A program made the translations under genes and the position numbers. Of a stretch of 60,000 bases of DNA, positions 26,068 to 39,199 are shown piece after piece. Every line of letters starts with the position of its first letter. The stretch's first letter is position 1. The notes under the pieces were generated by a model, which was not told where the DNA came from, did not search any database, and saw only the letters and a program-made list of their open reading frames with translations. This DNA is from Laetmonice hystrix (Eukaryota), in assembly GCA_965235115.1 (NCBI GenBank), contig OZ249436.1, positions 47,370,001-47,430,000 of the forward strand, in the 5' to 3' direction.

Positions 26068-26417
26068 GTCGGTACGTCCCATGGAAGGATCCATTATTAC
26101 CGTACTACAGGGTCGGTACGTCCCATGGAAGGATCCATTATTACCGTACTACAGGGTCGGTACGTCCCATGGAAGGATCCATTATTACCGTACTACAGGG
26201 TCGGTACGTCCCATGGAAGAATTTATTATTACCGTACTACAGGGTCGGTACGTCCCATGGAAGGATCCATTATTACCGTACTACAGGGTCGGTACGTCCC
26301 ATGGAAGGATCCATTATTACCGTACTACAGGGTCGGTACGTCCCATGGAAGGATCCATTATTACCGTACTACAGGGTCGGTACGTCCCATGGAAGGATCC
26401 ATTATTACCGTACTACA
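25767..26417. repeat. 44-bp minisatellite (GTCCCATGGAAGGATCCATTATTACCGTACTACAGGGTCGGTAC), ~15 copies; partial copy at 24200-24500
   Basis: Tandem units. Confidence 0.95.
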
Positions 26418-26919
26418 TCCGAATCTATACGGGAAGGCTTAGAGATGTTCTTGCTCCCTGGCATCCTGTGGATGTGTATATCTCAAGAGGCTAATCTTTC
26501 ACAGGGCTGTCTTATTTCACAGCTAGAATACTTAGACCTCACTGTGATACACTGTGCCATCCTGCACCTTCCATTAAAATCCAAATGTGTAATAATGTGC
26601 TGAAGACAACCACCACTTGTGTTGGGTAATGAAAAGACAATGAAGTTTACCGGCCCTGGGAAAGTTATAATTGACTTTTAAGGAATTGCTGCGCGAGGAA
26701 ATTGAGATTTGCTTTTCAAGAAGGCTTGAATGATGCAGCGTCGACTGAGGCAGCTGAAGCATCATGAGCAGGCTGAGCGTGGTGTGTTAAGTGTACTAAT
26801 AGGAGCCAGTCGAGAAGTCCCCATTATATTCTCCTATACTACATCAAGACAGAGCGACTCTTCTCAACGACTTCTCGCTGTGACGTGAACCCAGCCGAAC
26901 GTACGTACCGGGAGACCGC

Positions 26920-27095
26920 CGTGGTAGCATCTTGGCGGAGTTTGGTCGTCAGACCTAATACTCTACCACAATTAGTAGACCCAAACCTAAACCTAACCCC
27001 TACTCCGCTATCCCTACCCCTACTCCGCTATTCTTACCCCTACTCCGCAATTCCTACCCCTAACCCTAGCCCTGCCCTAACCCTAGCCCTGTCCC
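26920..27095 (+). mobile_element. Probable diverged copy of the CCCTAA-core element
   Basis: GGAGTTTGG followed by an AAACCTAAACCTAACCCCTAC... tract. Confidence 0.4.
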
Positions 27096-27457
27096 ATGTA
27101 GATCAGTAAATAATCCATGATCTTTAAGCATCCGCGAGGCAGGTCGGGGCATGCCAGGCCACAGCGAGCCGGGCAAGGTCAGACTGAACCAGGCCGGGCC
27201 GGATCAGGCCGGGCCATGCCAGGCCAATGGAAGCTGGGGAAGGTCGGCCTGAACCGGGCCAGACCGGACCAAACCAGTCCTCACTGAACCGGACCGAACC
27301 GGACCCGAACAGCCGGACCGAACCAGACCAGGCCGACTTCCGGTCGTCGATCAGCGGTTCCACGGTCAGTGACCTTGACATTTTTGTCCTTGACGCCAAG
27401 CGTTCGGCTCGATTTCACGGCATCATTATGCTCATAGTAAGCGACAATCCGATCAGA

Positions 27458-27550
27458 AATGGATACAGTAGATCAGATATGGATATAGTAGATCAGATAT
27501 GGATATAGTAGATCAGATATGGATATAGTAGACCAGATATGGATATACTA
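27458..27550. repeat. 20-bp minisatellite (ATGGATATAGTAGATCAGAT)
   Basis: ~4.5 tandem units. Confidence 0.9.
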
Positions 27551-28469
27551 GATATACCAGAGTTACATATAGCTGTACCTAATGATGAGGTCCCCTTACC
27601 GGTATATCTGATGTACGACATGATCGTCTTCATGTAAACGTCATTAGTAGTTAGGGCCGCTCCGAGTGCACTGTCTCCGGTAATAAGACCATCTCATCAA
27701 TTAATAGGCAGATTCACCAATCTGCATATTCCCTCCAATTAAAACTTCCTGGGAATGGATTCCTCCAATCTTACGATACGTTTTAAGATTAAGGGGAAAT
27801 CTTATTAATATCACAGCCACTTTTTTTTACATCAGTTTAGAAGTACAGTTGATTTAATGCGTAATCAAATATAAATGGAACTTCCCTCAAACGACGGGAT
27901 GGAACCGCCATATTGGTCCGGTAGTCTTTGAAATAGAACTCAGATCTTGAGTTGTCAACTGGTCACTCTGTTGAGGTTGTTTCCTCACTTAATTATGAAA
28001 AGACAATAGAAAAATCAACTTCTTTGGAAGACGGTTGTTTGAAACCACCCCTCCAGAATCCCATGGAGGAGTTTATCTTATTGACTATGCTAATATTGTT
28101 ACCAAGATCCCTTCCGTCCCACTCCAGATGTCACTTTCCTCCAGTTATGTGACACTGCATGACAACGTTTTGTTTAGACTCGGCAGTAAATCTTCCCAGT
28201 CATGCCAAAAAGGGAGAGGATTAATTGATAATTAGACTGACAGGTTTACAGCAAGTTGACACATAACGTCAAATCTCTGTTTCTTTTCGTTTATATCTTA
28301 CAAAGAAACTATTCATGTTTAATTTGGAGAAGATACAACAAAATATTACAAGGTGAAAATAAACACAAAGCCTGAAAGTAACATATCATTCTGCCGTATG
28401 TTGAACATGTGGCAGATATCTCTGATTGGCTCTATTACTGCTGTCAGTCTGCATGGAGAACTACCGGTC

Positions 28470-28688
28470 TGTCAGTCACGACTACCGTAATCCGTCCGTA
28501 TGTCAGTCACGACTACCGTAATCCGCCCGCCTGTCAGTCACGACTACCGTAATCCATCCGCCTGTCAGTCACGACTACCGTAATCCGTCCGTATGTCAGT
28601 CACGACTACCGTAATCCGTCCGCCTGTCAGTCACGACTACCGTAATCCGTTCGCCTGTCAGTCACGACTACCGTAATACGTCCGCCAG
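28470..28688. repeat. 31-bp minisatellite (GTCAGTCACGACTACCGTAATCCGTCCGCCT), 7 copies
   Basis: Tandem units. Confidence 0.95.
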
Positions 28689-29186
28689 GCTCAAACATCT
28701 GTTTCTTGTCCCCACTGTTCCCATAATAACCAGGCTCAAACACCTGTTTCTTGTCTCCACTGTTCCCATAATAAGGCTCAAACACCTGTTTCTTGTCTCC
28801 ACTGTTCCCATGTCTCCACTGTTCCCATAATAACCAGGCTCAAACATTTGTTTCTTGTCCCCACTGTTCCCATAATAACCAGGCTCAAACACCTGTGTCT
28901 TGTCCCCACTGTTCCCATAATAACCAGGCTCAAACTTCTGTTTCTTGTCCCCACTGTTTACATAATAACCAGGCTCAAACATTTGTTTCTTGTCCCCACT
29001 GTTCCCATAATAACCAGGCTCAAACATTTGTTTCTTGTCCCCACTGTTCCCATAATAACCAGGCTCAAACATGTTTCTTGACCCCACTGTTCCCATAATA
29101 TATAATAACCAGGCTCAAACATGTTTCTTGTCCCCACTGTTCCCATAATAACCAGGCTCAAACATGTTTCTTGTCCCCACTGTTCC
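28685..29186. repeat. 45-bp minisatellite (CCAGGCTCAAACATTTGTTTCTTGTCCCCACTGTTCCCATAATAA)
   Basis: Tandem units, directly abutting the 31-bp array. Confidence 0.95.
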
Positions 29187-29836
29187 TAACACACGGCCCG
29201 ACACACCCGAATGACGTGAACGATCCCGCACAAACCTTCCAAACCTCCATCTATTGGCTGAAAGGCCATCCAATCACTTTATCGTGTTATATGTAGCAGC
29301 ACTTTTAACGTCTAATGTACCTTTATGGAGGACATCTCCCTTAACGAGCCCATCTTTGGCCGTCCGAAAGCGCACCTTTCTCAACCTAGTCTGTTCAATA
29401 TTGCTTAAAAAGCAGTCCTTGACATCAGACGGATCTTTCTGCTTCATAAACGCGCGCTACCAATGCCCTGGTTTCATCTGCACGGCTATCAATCAACGAC
29501 TCCCACCAGCCTTAAAGAAAGTCCGTGCATGTCACCATACTGACAGTCTGATGAGGGCATCAGCAGTCAAGGCCAAACTGTCGCTGATTGGCTGATTTAG
29601 GTGATTTCCTGTTTGCAGTGAAAGCCATGTGGAATCCATTTACGTGGTCAGTCCAGCGTCCAAAGGTCGCATGGGACCACGCCCCAGACCATCGTACTTA
29701 GTCTAATCATAGGCGCTGCAACTGACCATTTATCAGAAGAGAAAAGTACGCGGCTTGGTCTATTTTCCCATCCTTTGAAAAGCACGTTAATGTGTCTAGA
29801 GCACTGATACAACGGTTATACATATCATCATGAAAC

Positions 29837-29985
29837 CAGGGGCGGATCCAGGATCTTGGTAAGGGGGGTTAAAGAAGGATAACTTACTGAGGGGGGTTTA
29901 GCACGGTCAATTCACAAAGTTCTATGGAGAAAAATTGGCTGGGGGGGGGGGGTAAAACCCCCCAACCCCCTTGGATCCCCCACTG
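29837..29985. mobile_element. ~150-bp MITE (hAT-like termini)
   Basis: TIRs CAGGGGCGGATCCAGG ... CTTGGATCCCCCACTG; no TSD recognisable. Confidence 0.7.
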
Positions 29986-30112
29986 ACAGAACACCGAGAT
30001 TCAATACTTATTGCGGTAACCGTAGAACGCATTCGTTGACTCGAATCCGTTACAACAATTTCAAAAAGTTCTTTCAATGATATGACAATGCCCGAACCGG
30101 AATCTGTTAACC

Positions 30113-30971
30113 TAATTAAAGGCCCAGTTAATCGTTCGGTTCACTACCTTTGTCAATGTTCAACAATACGACTGGCTGGGGTACATCACCACCGAGTCGA
30201 TCACTGTAAGTTATCTACTACTACTATCCGAGCTCAGGGAGTTCTGTCTATCCTAACTAAATGCCCAGTTACTCGTTCGGTAGACCAACGTCCAACAAGA
30301 CGACTGGCTGGGGTAGAGCACAGAGCATGTTCTGTGGGTACATCACCACCGAGTCGATCACAGTAAGTTATCTACAACTTCTCCGAGCTCAGGGAGTTCT
30401 GTCTGTGCTAACTAAAGGCCCAGTTACTCGTTCGGTTGACTACCTGTGTCAATGTCCAACAGTACGACTGGCTGGGTTACATCACCACCGAGTCGATCAC
30501 TGTAAGTTATCTACAACTTCTCCGAGCTCAGGGAGTTCTGTCTGTGCTAACTAAAGGCCCAGTTACTCGTTCGGTTGACTACCTGTGTCAATGTCCAACA
30601 GTACGACTGGCTCGGGTACATCACCACCGAGTCGATCACTGTATCTACTACTTCTCCGAGCTCAGGGAGTTCCGTCTATGCTAACTAAAGGCCCAGTTAC
30701 TCGTTCGGTTGACTACCTGTGTCAATGTCTAACAATACGACTGGTTGGGGTAGAGCACAGGGCATGTTCTGTGGGTACATCACCACCAAGTCGATCACTG
30801 TATCTACTACTATCCGAGCTCAGGGAGTTCTGTCTATGCTAACTAAATGCCCAGTTACTCGTTCGGTTGACTACCTGTGTCAATGTCCAACAATACGACT
30901 GGCTGGGGTACATCACCACCGAGTCGATCACTGTATCTACAACTTCTCCGAACTCAGGGAGTTCTGTCTAT
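30113..30971. repeat. ~135-bp tandem repeat with an optional ~25-bp insert, ~6 copies
   Basis: Recurring AACTAAAGGCCCAGTTACTCGTTCGG...GAGCTCAGGGAGTTCTGTCT. Confidence 0.9.
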
Positions 30972-31229
30972 ACACTCACACAACATCTTGTATCAACCAA
31001 TAACATCGAAGTTAATATTGTCTTCCCTTAGACAGATTCTCGACAACTTTGGTTTGAATTAAATCACTCCCTAGCTGCGCTACGAGCCGGTGACATCTCC
31101 TTACTGGTGTAGGCCTACATCAACATTCAATACACTGCCGATAACAAAAATGGGATATCAAATATTGACACCAGTCAAATACTTACACTCTCCCCTATTC
31201 TCATCTCAAATCTGTACTCCATAGCATCA

Positions 31230-31411
31230 CTGGCCCTGGTTTTGAGTTCGTCATTTTACCAATCTTAAGACTGGAATTTTAAGACTGATTTGTATTATGG
31301 TCTCTCATTGGCTGACTTCATTTGAAGGACCAATCAGAAGCTCTGAAACAAGAATTCAATCTTAAGATTTGAATCTTAAGACTCAGTTTCCAAACTAAAA
31401 ACCGGGCCCAG
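31230..31411. mobile_element. ~180-bp palindromic MITE
   Basis: CTGGCCCTGGTTTTGAGTT ... AACTAAAAACCGGGCCCAG inverted ends; internal inverted TCTTAAGA and ATTGG/CCAAT motifs. Confidence 0.75.
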
Positions 31412-31864
31412 GGAGAGTAGCTAATCCAATCCTATTTATATTCACTTTAAAACGCTATCTCATTCTAATCTCTTGTCGGGCCCGTCTCCCCATGAGCCAT
31501 AAGTTAAGGGGTGTTTATACCATATTCTGGCATCCCATTATTCATACCTTAATCCATGTTTTCCTGCTGAAATGGTGGTCTCATTTTATACCTTGGTGGA
31601 GTATGGCATCGGTAACATCAGAGGCCATGTCCGTTCACGAGTCTTATATCGAGGGGACCTCTCATCGGCGTGACACTCCAGTAGGAGGGTTTTTGATACA
31701 GAACAAGACAACAAAAAACTAAACTCAACAGTCTTACATCGAGAAGACTTCCAAGACATTCTCGGACCATCCATATTAACAGAGGGGTTTGTGGGAGGGC
31801 GAATGTAAAGTTGACAGCTAAATCACTTTGAAGAATTTAATACCAACCACGTGTTGCTGGTATA

Positions 31865-32060
31865 GATTTGGTGTTTATGGTCTCACAACAACCATGGTCA
31901 TACCAAGGCGGTCATAGTTTTACTGATGGAGAAAACCGGAGTATCCGGGAAAAGTACCGGTCTTACAGCAGGTACCTGACAAACCTCACTTCCGTACCGG
32001 TCTTACAGCAGGTACCTGACAAACCTTCTCACTTCCGACTCGTAGGGGATTCAAATGTCT
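31865..32060 (-). mobile_element. tRNA-derived V-SINE-like remnant with an internal 40-bp duplication
   Basis: GGAGAAAACCGGAGTATCCGGGAAAA resembles the reverse complement of the V-domain core; GGGGATTCAAA is a degenerate reverse B-box. Confidence 0.6.
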
Positions 32061-32434
32061 TGCCGGAGACAACCGAAGTGGGTGGGTGGGTGGGGGGGGG
32101 GGGGCTTCCCTAGCCCCGTGTTTTTCCCGCAAAAATTGTGTTAGAAATATCTGACCCAAACTCAATAACACCATATAAATGCCGAGACTAACCCAGAAAA
32201 TCTATCATTAATCATAAGCACAAATATTGACGAAGGGGGTGAGATTGGAGGGAATGATAGCTCTGGGGGACACCAGTCTGGTAGCTTGACCCAATCAATA
32301 GCAACTCCTTCTCCTTATAAATTGGCCCTGCTGCAGCGGTCCTGGCGATATCATTAACCCGGCCTGCCACCAGACGAGGTGATATGAAATCAGTGGTGGA
32401 CAGGTGCGTGAAACAGGACCGGCTCAACGGGCCG

Positions 32435-32810
32435 CCGTTCATCGGCCAAATCAAGCCATTCATCGGCCAAATCACGCCATCCATCGGCCGCCCAGGCCAG
32501 GCCGTCCAGCCCATCCACCGGCCGTCCAGGCCAGGCCATCCACCGGCCGCCCATGCCAGGCCATCCACCGGCCGCCCATGCCAGGCCATCCACCGGCCGT
32601 CCAGGCCAGGCCATCCACCGGCCGGCCAGGCCAGGCCATCCACCGGCCGGCCAGGCCAGGCCATCCACCGGCCGCCCAGGCCAGGCCATCCACCGGCCGC
32701 CCAGGCCAGGCCATCCACCGGCCGTCCAGGCCAGGCCATCCACCGGCCGTCCAGGCCAGGCCATCCACCGGCCGTCCAGGCCAGGCCATCCACCGGCCGT
32801 CCAGGCCATG
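32435..32810. repeat. 25-bp GC-rich minisatellite (CCAGGCCAGGCCATCCACCGGCCGT)
   Basis: Tandem units. Confidence 0.95.
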
Positions 32811-33644
32811 TTATTCTCCGGCCAAGCCAGACCATCCATTGCATGGCACCTCCTCCAACCCTTCCCATACACAGTCAACACCGCATCATCTCCGTGCACT
32901 GTGCCACTAATTCAACATTTCCCTCAAAACGCGATGCTGTCACTGTGCCGCTTCATGACTGGACCAGGACGAAGTAGGAGCATATATGAGACAGAGGGCA
33001 AACCGGGGGTAGGGGCTGGGAAACCAATTTCGGACCCGGAGTCTTCATTCATGGCTATAAATAAAACAACCACTGCCCATGTTGTTACACACAAAACGTT
33101 ACAAGATACATCACGCTGTTCACTTTGAAAACCGGAGAAAGCTTGGAAAAAAGTTAGGTCAGATTCTTGTTTTACAGGATCCCGTGTTGTGACGAAACAA
33201 GGTCGGTAAAATACTAGGTGAATGTAAAACGAGAAATCTAGGTATACGGAAATGTAATAAAGATGATGCTCTTATCAAGCCATACATTGCGTACAGCACT
33301 ATTGTGTTACGTGGATAATAGATGTAGATAACATTGTAAGTACGACTAAGAGAGAAACAGCGAAAACAGAAACAACTAAACAGAACTGGCATGTAGAGAT
33401 TACAAGAGCCACCAGAACAATGGAAGCACTAATCAACAAGTCATCCCCAGGAACGCGATGCTTCCCAACCAATTTCTCTCCGTCACTCGGAGATAGCTCA
33501 GCGGCCTGCATTTAGACCAACACCCTGCCCCCTTTATTATCTGAGTGGCTTGAGGCAGAACTGTCCATGGAGAGGCTGAAAAAGAATTAGGGTGGAAATA
33601 GCCACACATGGTGGGCGGTTTCGAGCAAGTGGTTAACCACAGTG

Positions 33645-33850
33645 AGATTCCCTATGGTAGGATAACCCCGAAATTTGGTTCCAACAACTACACGTATGTC
33701 CCTATTCCGAGGCGAAAACTTAAAGTTATAACCGCTAGTCCCGGCCCCCAGACCTCCACCAAAACGTCTCCTTAACCTTAGCTCTGTCCCTAATCCTAAC
33801 CCTTACACACAATGTCATGGGAATGATATCATGGGGTAATAACCCCACCA
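33645..33850 (+). mobile_element. Compact reference copy of the CCCTAA-core element (Helentron/HINE-like architecture)
   Basis: 5' ATTCCCTATGGTAGGATAACCCCGAAATTTGG; GTCCCGGCCCCCAGACCTCC at 33738; CCTAACCC tract; 3' GGGAATGATATCATGGGGT and hairpin GGGGT-AATA-ACCCC (33833-33846). Confidence 0.65.
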
Positions 33851-34151
33851 CCCTCTCACAATCTGACCATCGCGGTGTGGCTGAGATTGCCGCCGTGGGC
33901 AGTGAATGGTCAGTTGAATGCCCAGCAATCACCGCGGCCATCGACTGCAGTCCCTGTCCCCCTGACCCTCCGCCCCCACCGTCCACACCCCCAATTGTTC
34001 GCCGCATTCACACGCGCAGATCCAGGCCGACAAATCGAATTAATCAAACACTCTTCCCGTATTGTCCTTCATTCTCATTTCCACGTGGAGTATTACAGTC
34101 TGGCTCTGGACCTGGATTACCAGGCACTGACCCACAGATATACTTACAGTC

Positions 34152-35878
34152 GGCACTGTACCAAATGTTACCTCTAACAGTCTGACCACCGCTGGCCCCA
34201 GGTTTACAGAAAACACTGTCAGCCTGGCACTGTACCAAATGTTACCTCTAACAGCATGACCACGGCTGGCCCCTGGTTTACAGAAAACACTCTCAGCCTG
34301 GCACTGTACCAAATGTTACCTCTAACAATCTGACCACCGCTGGCCCCAGGTTTACAGAAAACACTATCAGCCTGGCACTGTACAAAATGTTACCTCTAAC
34401 AGTCTGACCACGGCTGGCCCCTGGTTTACAGAAAACACTGTCAGCCTGGCACTGTACCAAATGTTACCTCTAACAGTCTGACCACGGCTGGCCCCAGGTT
34501 TACAGAAAACACTGTCAGCCTGGCACTGTACCAAATGTTACCTCTAACAGTCTGACCACGGCTGGCCCCAGGTTTACAGAAAACACTGTCAGCCTGGCAC
34601 TGTACCAAATGTTACCTCTAACAGTCTGACCACGGCTGGCCCCAGGTTTACAGAAAACACTGTCAGCCTGGCACTGTACCAAATGTTACCTCTAACAGCA
34701 TGACCACCGCTGGCCCCAGGTTTACAGAAAACACTGTCAGCCTGGCACTGTACCAAATGTTACCTCTAACAGCATGACCACGGCTGGCCCCTGGTTTACA
34801 GAAAACACTGTCAGCCTGGCACTGTACCAAATGTTACCTCTAACAGTCTGACCACGGCTGGCCCCAGGTTTACAGAAAACACTATCAGCCTGACCCTGTA
34901 CCAAATGTTACCTCTAACAGTCTGACCACGGCTGGCCCCAGGTTTACAGAAAACACTCTCAGCCTGGCACTGTACCAAATGTTACCTCTAACAGTCTGAC
35001 CACGGCTGGCCCCAGGTTTACAGAAAACACTATCAGCCTGGCACTGTACCAAATGTTACCTCTAACAGTCTGACCACGGCTGGCCCCAGGTTTACAGAAA
35101 ACACTGTCAGCCTGGCACTGTACCAAATGTTACCTCTAACAGTCTGACCACGGCTGGCCCCAGGTTTACAGAAAACACTGTCAGCCTGGTACTGTACCAA
35201 ATGTTACCTCTAACAGTCTGACCACCGCTGGCCCCAGGTTTACAGAAAACACTGTCAGCCTGGCACTGTACCAAATGTTACCTCTAACAGTCTGACCACC
35301 GCTGGCCCCAGGTTTACAGAAAACACTGTCAGCCTGGCACTGTACCAAATGTTACCTCTAACAGCATGACCACCGCTGGCCCCAGGTTTACAGAAAACAC
35401 TGTCAGCCTGGCACTGTACCAAATGTTACCTCTAACAGCATGACCACGGCTGGCCCCTGGTTTACAGAAAACACTGTCAGCCTGGCACTGTACCAAATGT
35501 TACCTCTAACAGTCTGACCACGGCTGGCCCCAGGTTTACAGAAAACACTATCAGCCTGGCACTGTACCAAATGTTACCTCTAACAGTCTGACCACGGCTG
35601 GCCCCAGGTTTACAGAAAACACTCTCAGCCTGGCACTGTACCAAATGTTACCTCTAACAGTCTGACCACGGCTGGCCCCAGGTTTACAGAAAACACTGTC
35701 AGCCTGGCACTGTACCAAATGTTACCTCTAACAGTCTGATCACGGCTGGCCCCAGGTTTACAGAAAACACTGTCAGCCTGGCACTGTACCAAATGTTACC
35801 TCTAACAGTCTGACCAAGGTTGGCCCCAGGTTTACAGAAAACACTCTCAGCCTGGCACTGTACCAAAAGTTACCTCTA
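34152..35878. repeat. 74-bp minisatellite, ~23 copies
   Basis: Unit GGCACTGTACCAAATGTTACCTCTAACAGTCTGACCACGGCTGGCCCCAGGTTTACAGAAAACACTGTCAGCCT. Confidence 0.97.
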
Positions 35879-35921
35879 AATTCTCTATGGCTTGTCCCAC
35901 ATCCTTAACGCGGAGCTGTTA

Positions 35922-36090
35922 AGGGTGGCCACGTCTAACCTCTACCCGAGTTGGTAGAAAGCTCTCCTTCAACATCGGAAGGTGGTGGCGGGAGGCCGGG
36001 GTTAGGGTTAGGTTTTGGGCGAGGAATATTGAAAGATTTTTTGTTCTTACAACTAAATTTCGCGGAAGTTACCATCGGGTTGGGCTACCC
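35922..36090 (-). mobile_element. Copy of the CCCTAA-core element
   Basis: Reverse complement TAACTTCCGCGAAATTTAG...AAACCTAACCCTAACCCCGGCC aligns with 50500-50675. Confidence 0.6.
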
Positions 36091-36756
36091 ATTGCCGGCC
36101 TTAACACGTCAGTAAATGGGTTACTTGGACCAAATTTTACTGGTCTTTGCAGTGTAAATTTGAATGGCACTGGTTTCTAAATCCGCACAACTGACCAAAT
36201 AACGGAAGAGAAAATTCACGCAAGATTATCTGGAAAACAAACTATAAGAAATATGCTCGTCCTTCATTGAGATCCACGGTTCCTCTAAGCCTTCCCGCTT
36301 TTTCTTTGTGAGTCTCGGGATAACCCAAGCCGTTTGTATTGATCTTCAACAAATTGACAATCCACCGACCAGAGGGAGATTTAGCGGCCGTAAATCGCCA
36401 GCTTCATATGGACCGTTTTAGTGCCAAGTTTTCCCCTCGTTTCTGTAGTGACAGATTGCAGTTGCCTGCAGTGTAAATTCACCTCATATGGGTTCGAGCA
36501 ATCAGGAACTATGAATAATATTTACGACATTAATCCGCTTTGGTGCACGTTGGCAAGCTCATATCAACAGCTCTAATTTATTGTAGATGGTTCATGTAAT
36601 AAGTCCCGCATATAATCTGTTTCTAATTACTACCTAAATATCCGGCCAGCACTCTCCTCCTCTCTAGTTTACTCCAGCTACCATTTCATACGGCGTCCAG
36701 TCCCCCCCCTCCCATGGTAACTTTCCCACGGAATGAGTTAGGGCACGGGGCAAGGA

Positions 36757-36952
36757 CAGGGTGTCGCACAATACAAGTTCAAAAAGGGCGGGAATTTTTG
36801 TGTGTGTGGAGAGTATATTTCGAAGCATTTTCGTAGGACCAACTGAGGGCACAACCAGCAAGGAAGAACAGAGGGCTATCCTTTCACACAATTTTCATTT
36901 TCTCACAAAATGATGATATTTCAGGATTTCGTTTTTTTTCTGAGACGCCCTG
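36757..36952. mobile_element. Decayed Tc1/mariner-type MITE
   Basis: CAGGGTGTCGCACAATAC ... TTTTTTCTGAGACGCCCTG inverted ends; TA TSDs mutated. Confidence 0.5.
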
Positions 36953-37547
36953 CACATTGATTTGTTCTCTACATATTAATACAAATTACAGTAACACGAC
37001 TGGCAAATTCATAATCGGATTTCAATAGTCTCTGACTGCAACGACTCCATTTTTGCTATCGTCTCCGAAAATGATATACGACAGCCAATGTTGTTTGGAT
37101 AAATATGCATGAACCTAATGAATAATCCACCAGTAACTCCTGCCATTGTTTTTCTCTCCCTTTTGTCAACACGATCTAGCAGAGGAGAATGTTGTAATAA
37201 TAATTATCGCCGTACTGTATAGGTAGGTAAGTCGGTCACACGTTGGTGGCACGATATGAACAGAGTAACCGAGTACAAATGGTGCAATACAGCCTGTAAA
37301 TATAGCAACTTCATTGATTTCTTCTAACCAAACGCTGGTTACTGTACACCGAGCGTTTGTTCTATGTGGATCTCTTTGTAAGGTACATGTGTTACTGGCA
37401 GCTCAAAGGTCAATGACTGCCTTGAGTATTGTTCACCCGGCCAGGCAGAGGGGCACGTCTCTCATACATCCTCACCCGTTCTATTGATTGCTTTCTTAAA
37501 ATCTAGAGCACCATGATGACATTGAGGTGTTTCTAGTGAGACCATGT

Positions 37548-38160
37548 ATGACCTGACAGATATCAACATGTAAAACCTGACACACAAGACCGTTTGTAAC
37601 ATCTGACAGATAGAAACGTGTATAAGACTTGACAGATAGGACCGTTTGTAAGACCTGACAGATAGGACCGTTTGTAAGACCTGACAGATAGGACCGTTCG
37701 TAAGACCTGACAGATAGAAACGTGTATAAGACCTGACAGATAGGACCGTTCGTAAGACCTGACAGATAGGACCGTTCGTAAGACCTGACAGATAGGACCG
37801 TTCGTAAGACCTGACAGATAGGACCGTTTGTAAGACCTGACAGATAGGACCGTTCGTAAGACCTGACAGATAGGACCGTTCGTAAGACCTGACAGATAGG
37901 ACCGTTTGTAAGACCTGACAGATAGGACCGTTCGTAAGACCTGACAGATAGGACCGTTCGTAAGACCTGACAGATAGGACCGTTCGTAAGACCTGACAGA
38001 TCAGACCGTTCGTAAGACCTGACAGATAGGACCGTTCGTAAGACCTGACAGATAGGACCGTTCGTAAGACCTGACAGATAGGACCGTTCGTAAGACCTGG
38101 CAGATAGAAACGTGTATAAGGTCTGACAGATAGAAACGTGTATAAGATCTGACAGACAGG
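37548..38160. repeat. 26-bp minisatellite (GTAAGACCTGACAGATAGGACCGTTC), ~23 copies
   Basis: Tandem units. Confidence 0.95.
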
Positions 38161-38641
38161 AAGTCGTCCGATAGAGTCTGACAGGACTGACTATCGGGTA
38201 ACGGTATTCCTGAGTGGAAGCGAGGTCGGCGTGTGTGTGTGTGTGGGGGGGGGGGGTCCACCCCCACAACCGCCCTCGTGGCTCTATCAACCGTGCTAAC
38301 TACCAGACTACCGACTACTAGAATTACGCCACAGTTATCTCACGTCTTAAATTCACCGTTAATTAGGCGTAGGAATCCACATAAGCTACAACCTCCACTC
38401 CGGTCTTGCTATCGAGAAAAAAATCTCCTTATATTCTCTCAAAATCAGCTGGCCACAGCACCAAAGGATAAAGGATTAAAGACGAAGGTGATGTCCAAAG
38501 TAACCCCACATTTGTTGCCCTTTTCGTTTGACAATAAACCTCTCCGCGTTCACCAAAACATGGCGGTTGATCTATATTAGTTTTTACTTTAAAGTGGTTG
38601 TCCCGCTGCTGTTGGCTCCGTGCTCCGAGCTGGGTCGGACT

Positions 38642-38837
38642 CAGTAGCGTACCCGCGGGGGGGGGGGGTGCTTTGGGTGCTCAAGCACCCCCCTCAATTT
38701 GCCCATTTTTTTTTTGTTTTTTTGTTTTTTTGTGGGGGGGGGGCGCTTGTTGCCCATCGTCCCCTCCCAATTTGCAGCGCCTACGACGTTGGTTATTTCC
38801 AGCACCCCCCTGGGTCCAGTTTCTGGGTACGCCACTG
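38642..38837. mobile_element. ~195-bp MITE (hAT-like termini)
   Basis: TIRs CAGTAGCGTACCC ... GGGTACGCCACTG. Confidence 0.75.
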
Positions 38838-38952
38838 GGATTAGCCGAGGCGGGCACCGAACCGGGTCGGATTAGCCGAGCCGGGCACCGAGCCGGGTCA
38901 GATTAGCCGAGGCGGGCACTGAGTCGGGTCGGATTAGCCGAGGTGGGCACCG
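38838..38952. repeat. 31-bp minisatellite (GGATTAGCCGAGGCGGGCACCGAGCCGGGTC), ~3.5 copies
   Basis: Tandem units. Confidence 0.85.
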
Positions 38953-39199
38953 AGAGATGCACTCATACCTTATTATATCATTTCTCTGATGTAGGTTTTA
39001 ATTATCCCAGCCAGGCCCGAGCCAAGGTTCACAGGGAGGGCGGGGACATGCCGCTTCACCGGCCCTGCCGCCCCGCCAACAGGCCGCCCTGCCAACAGGC
39101 CGCCCTGCCAACAGGCCGCCCTGCCGCCCTGCCACGATGGTTGTAAGCAGCTTACCAGGACAGCTCCGAGACGGTGGTGACAGAAAGCATGTTCACCAC

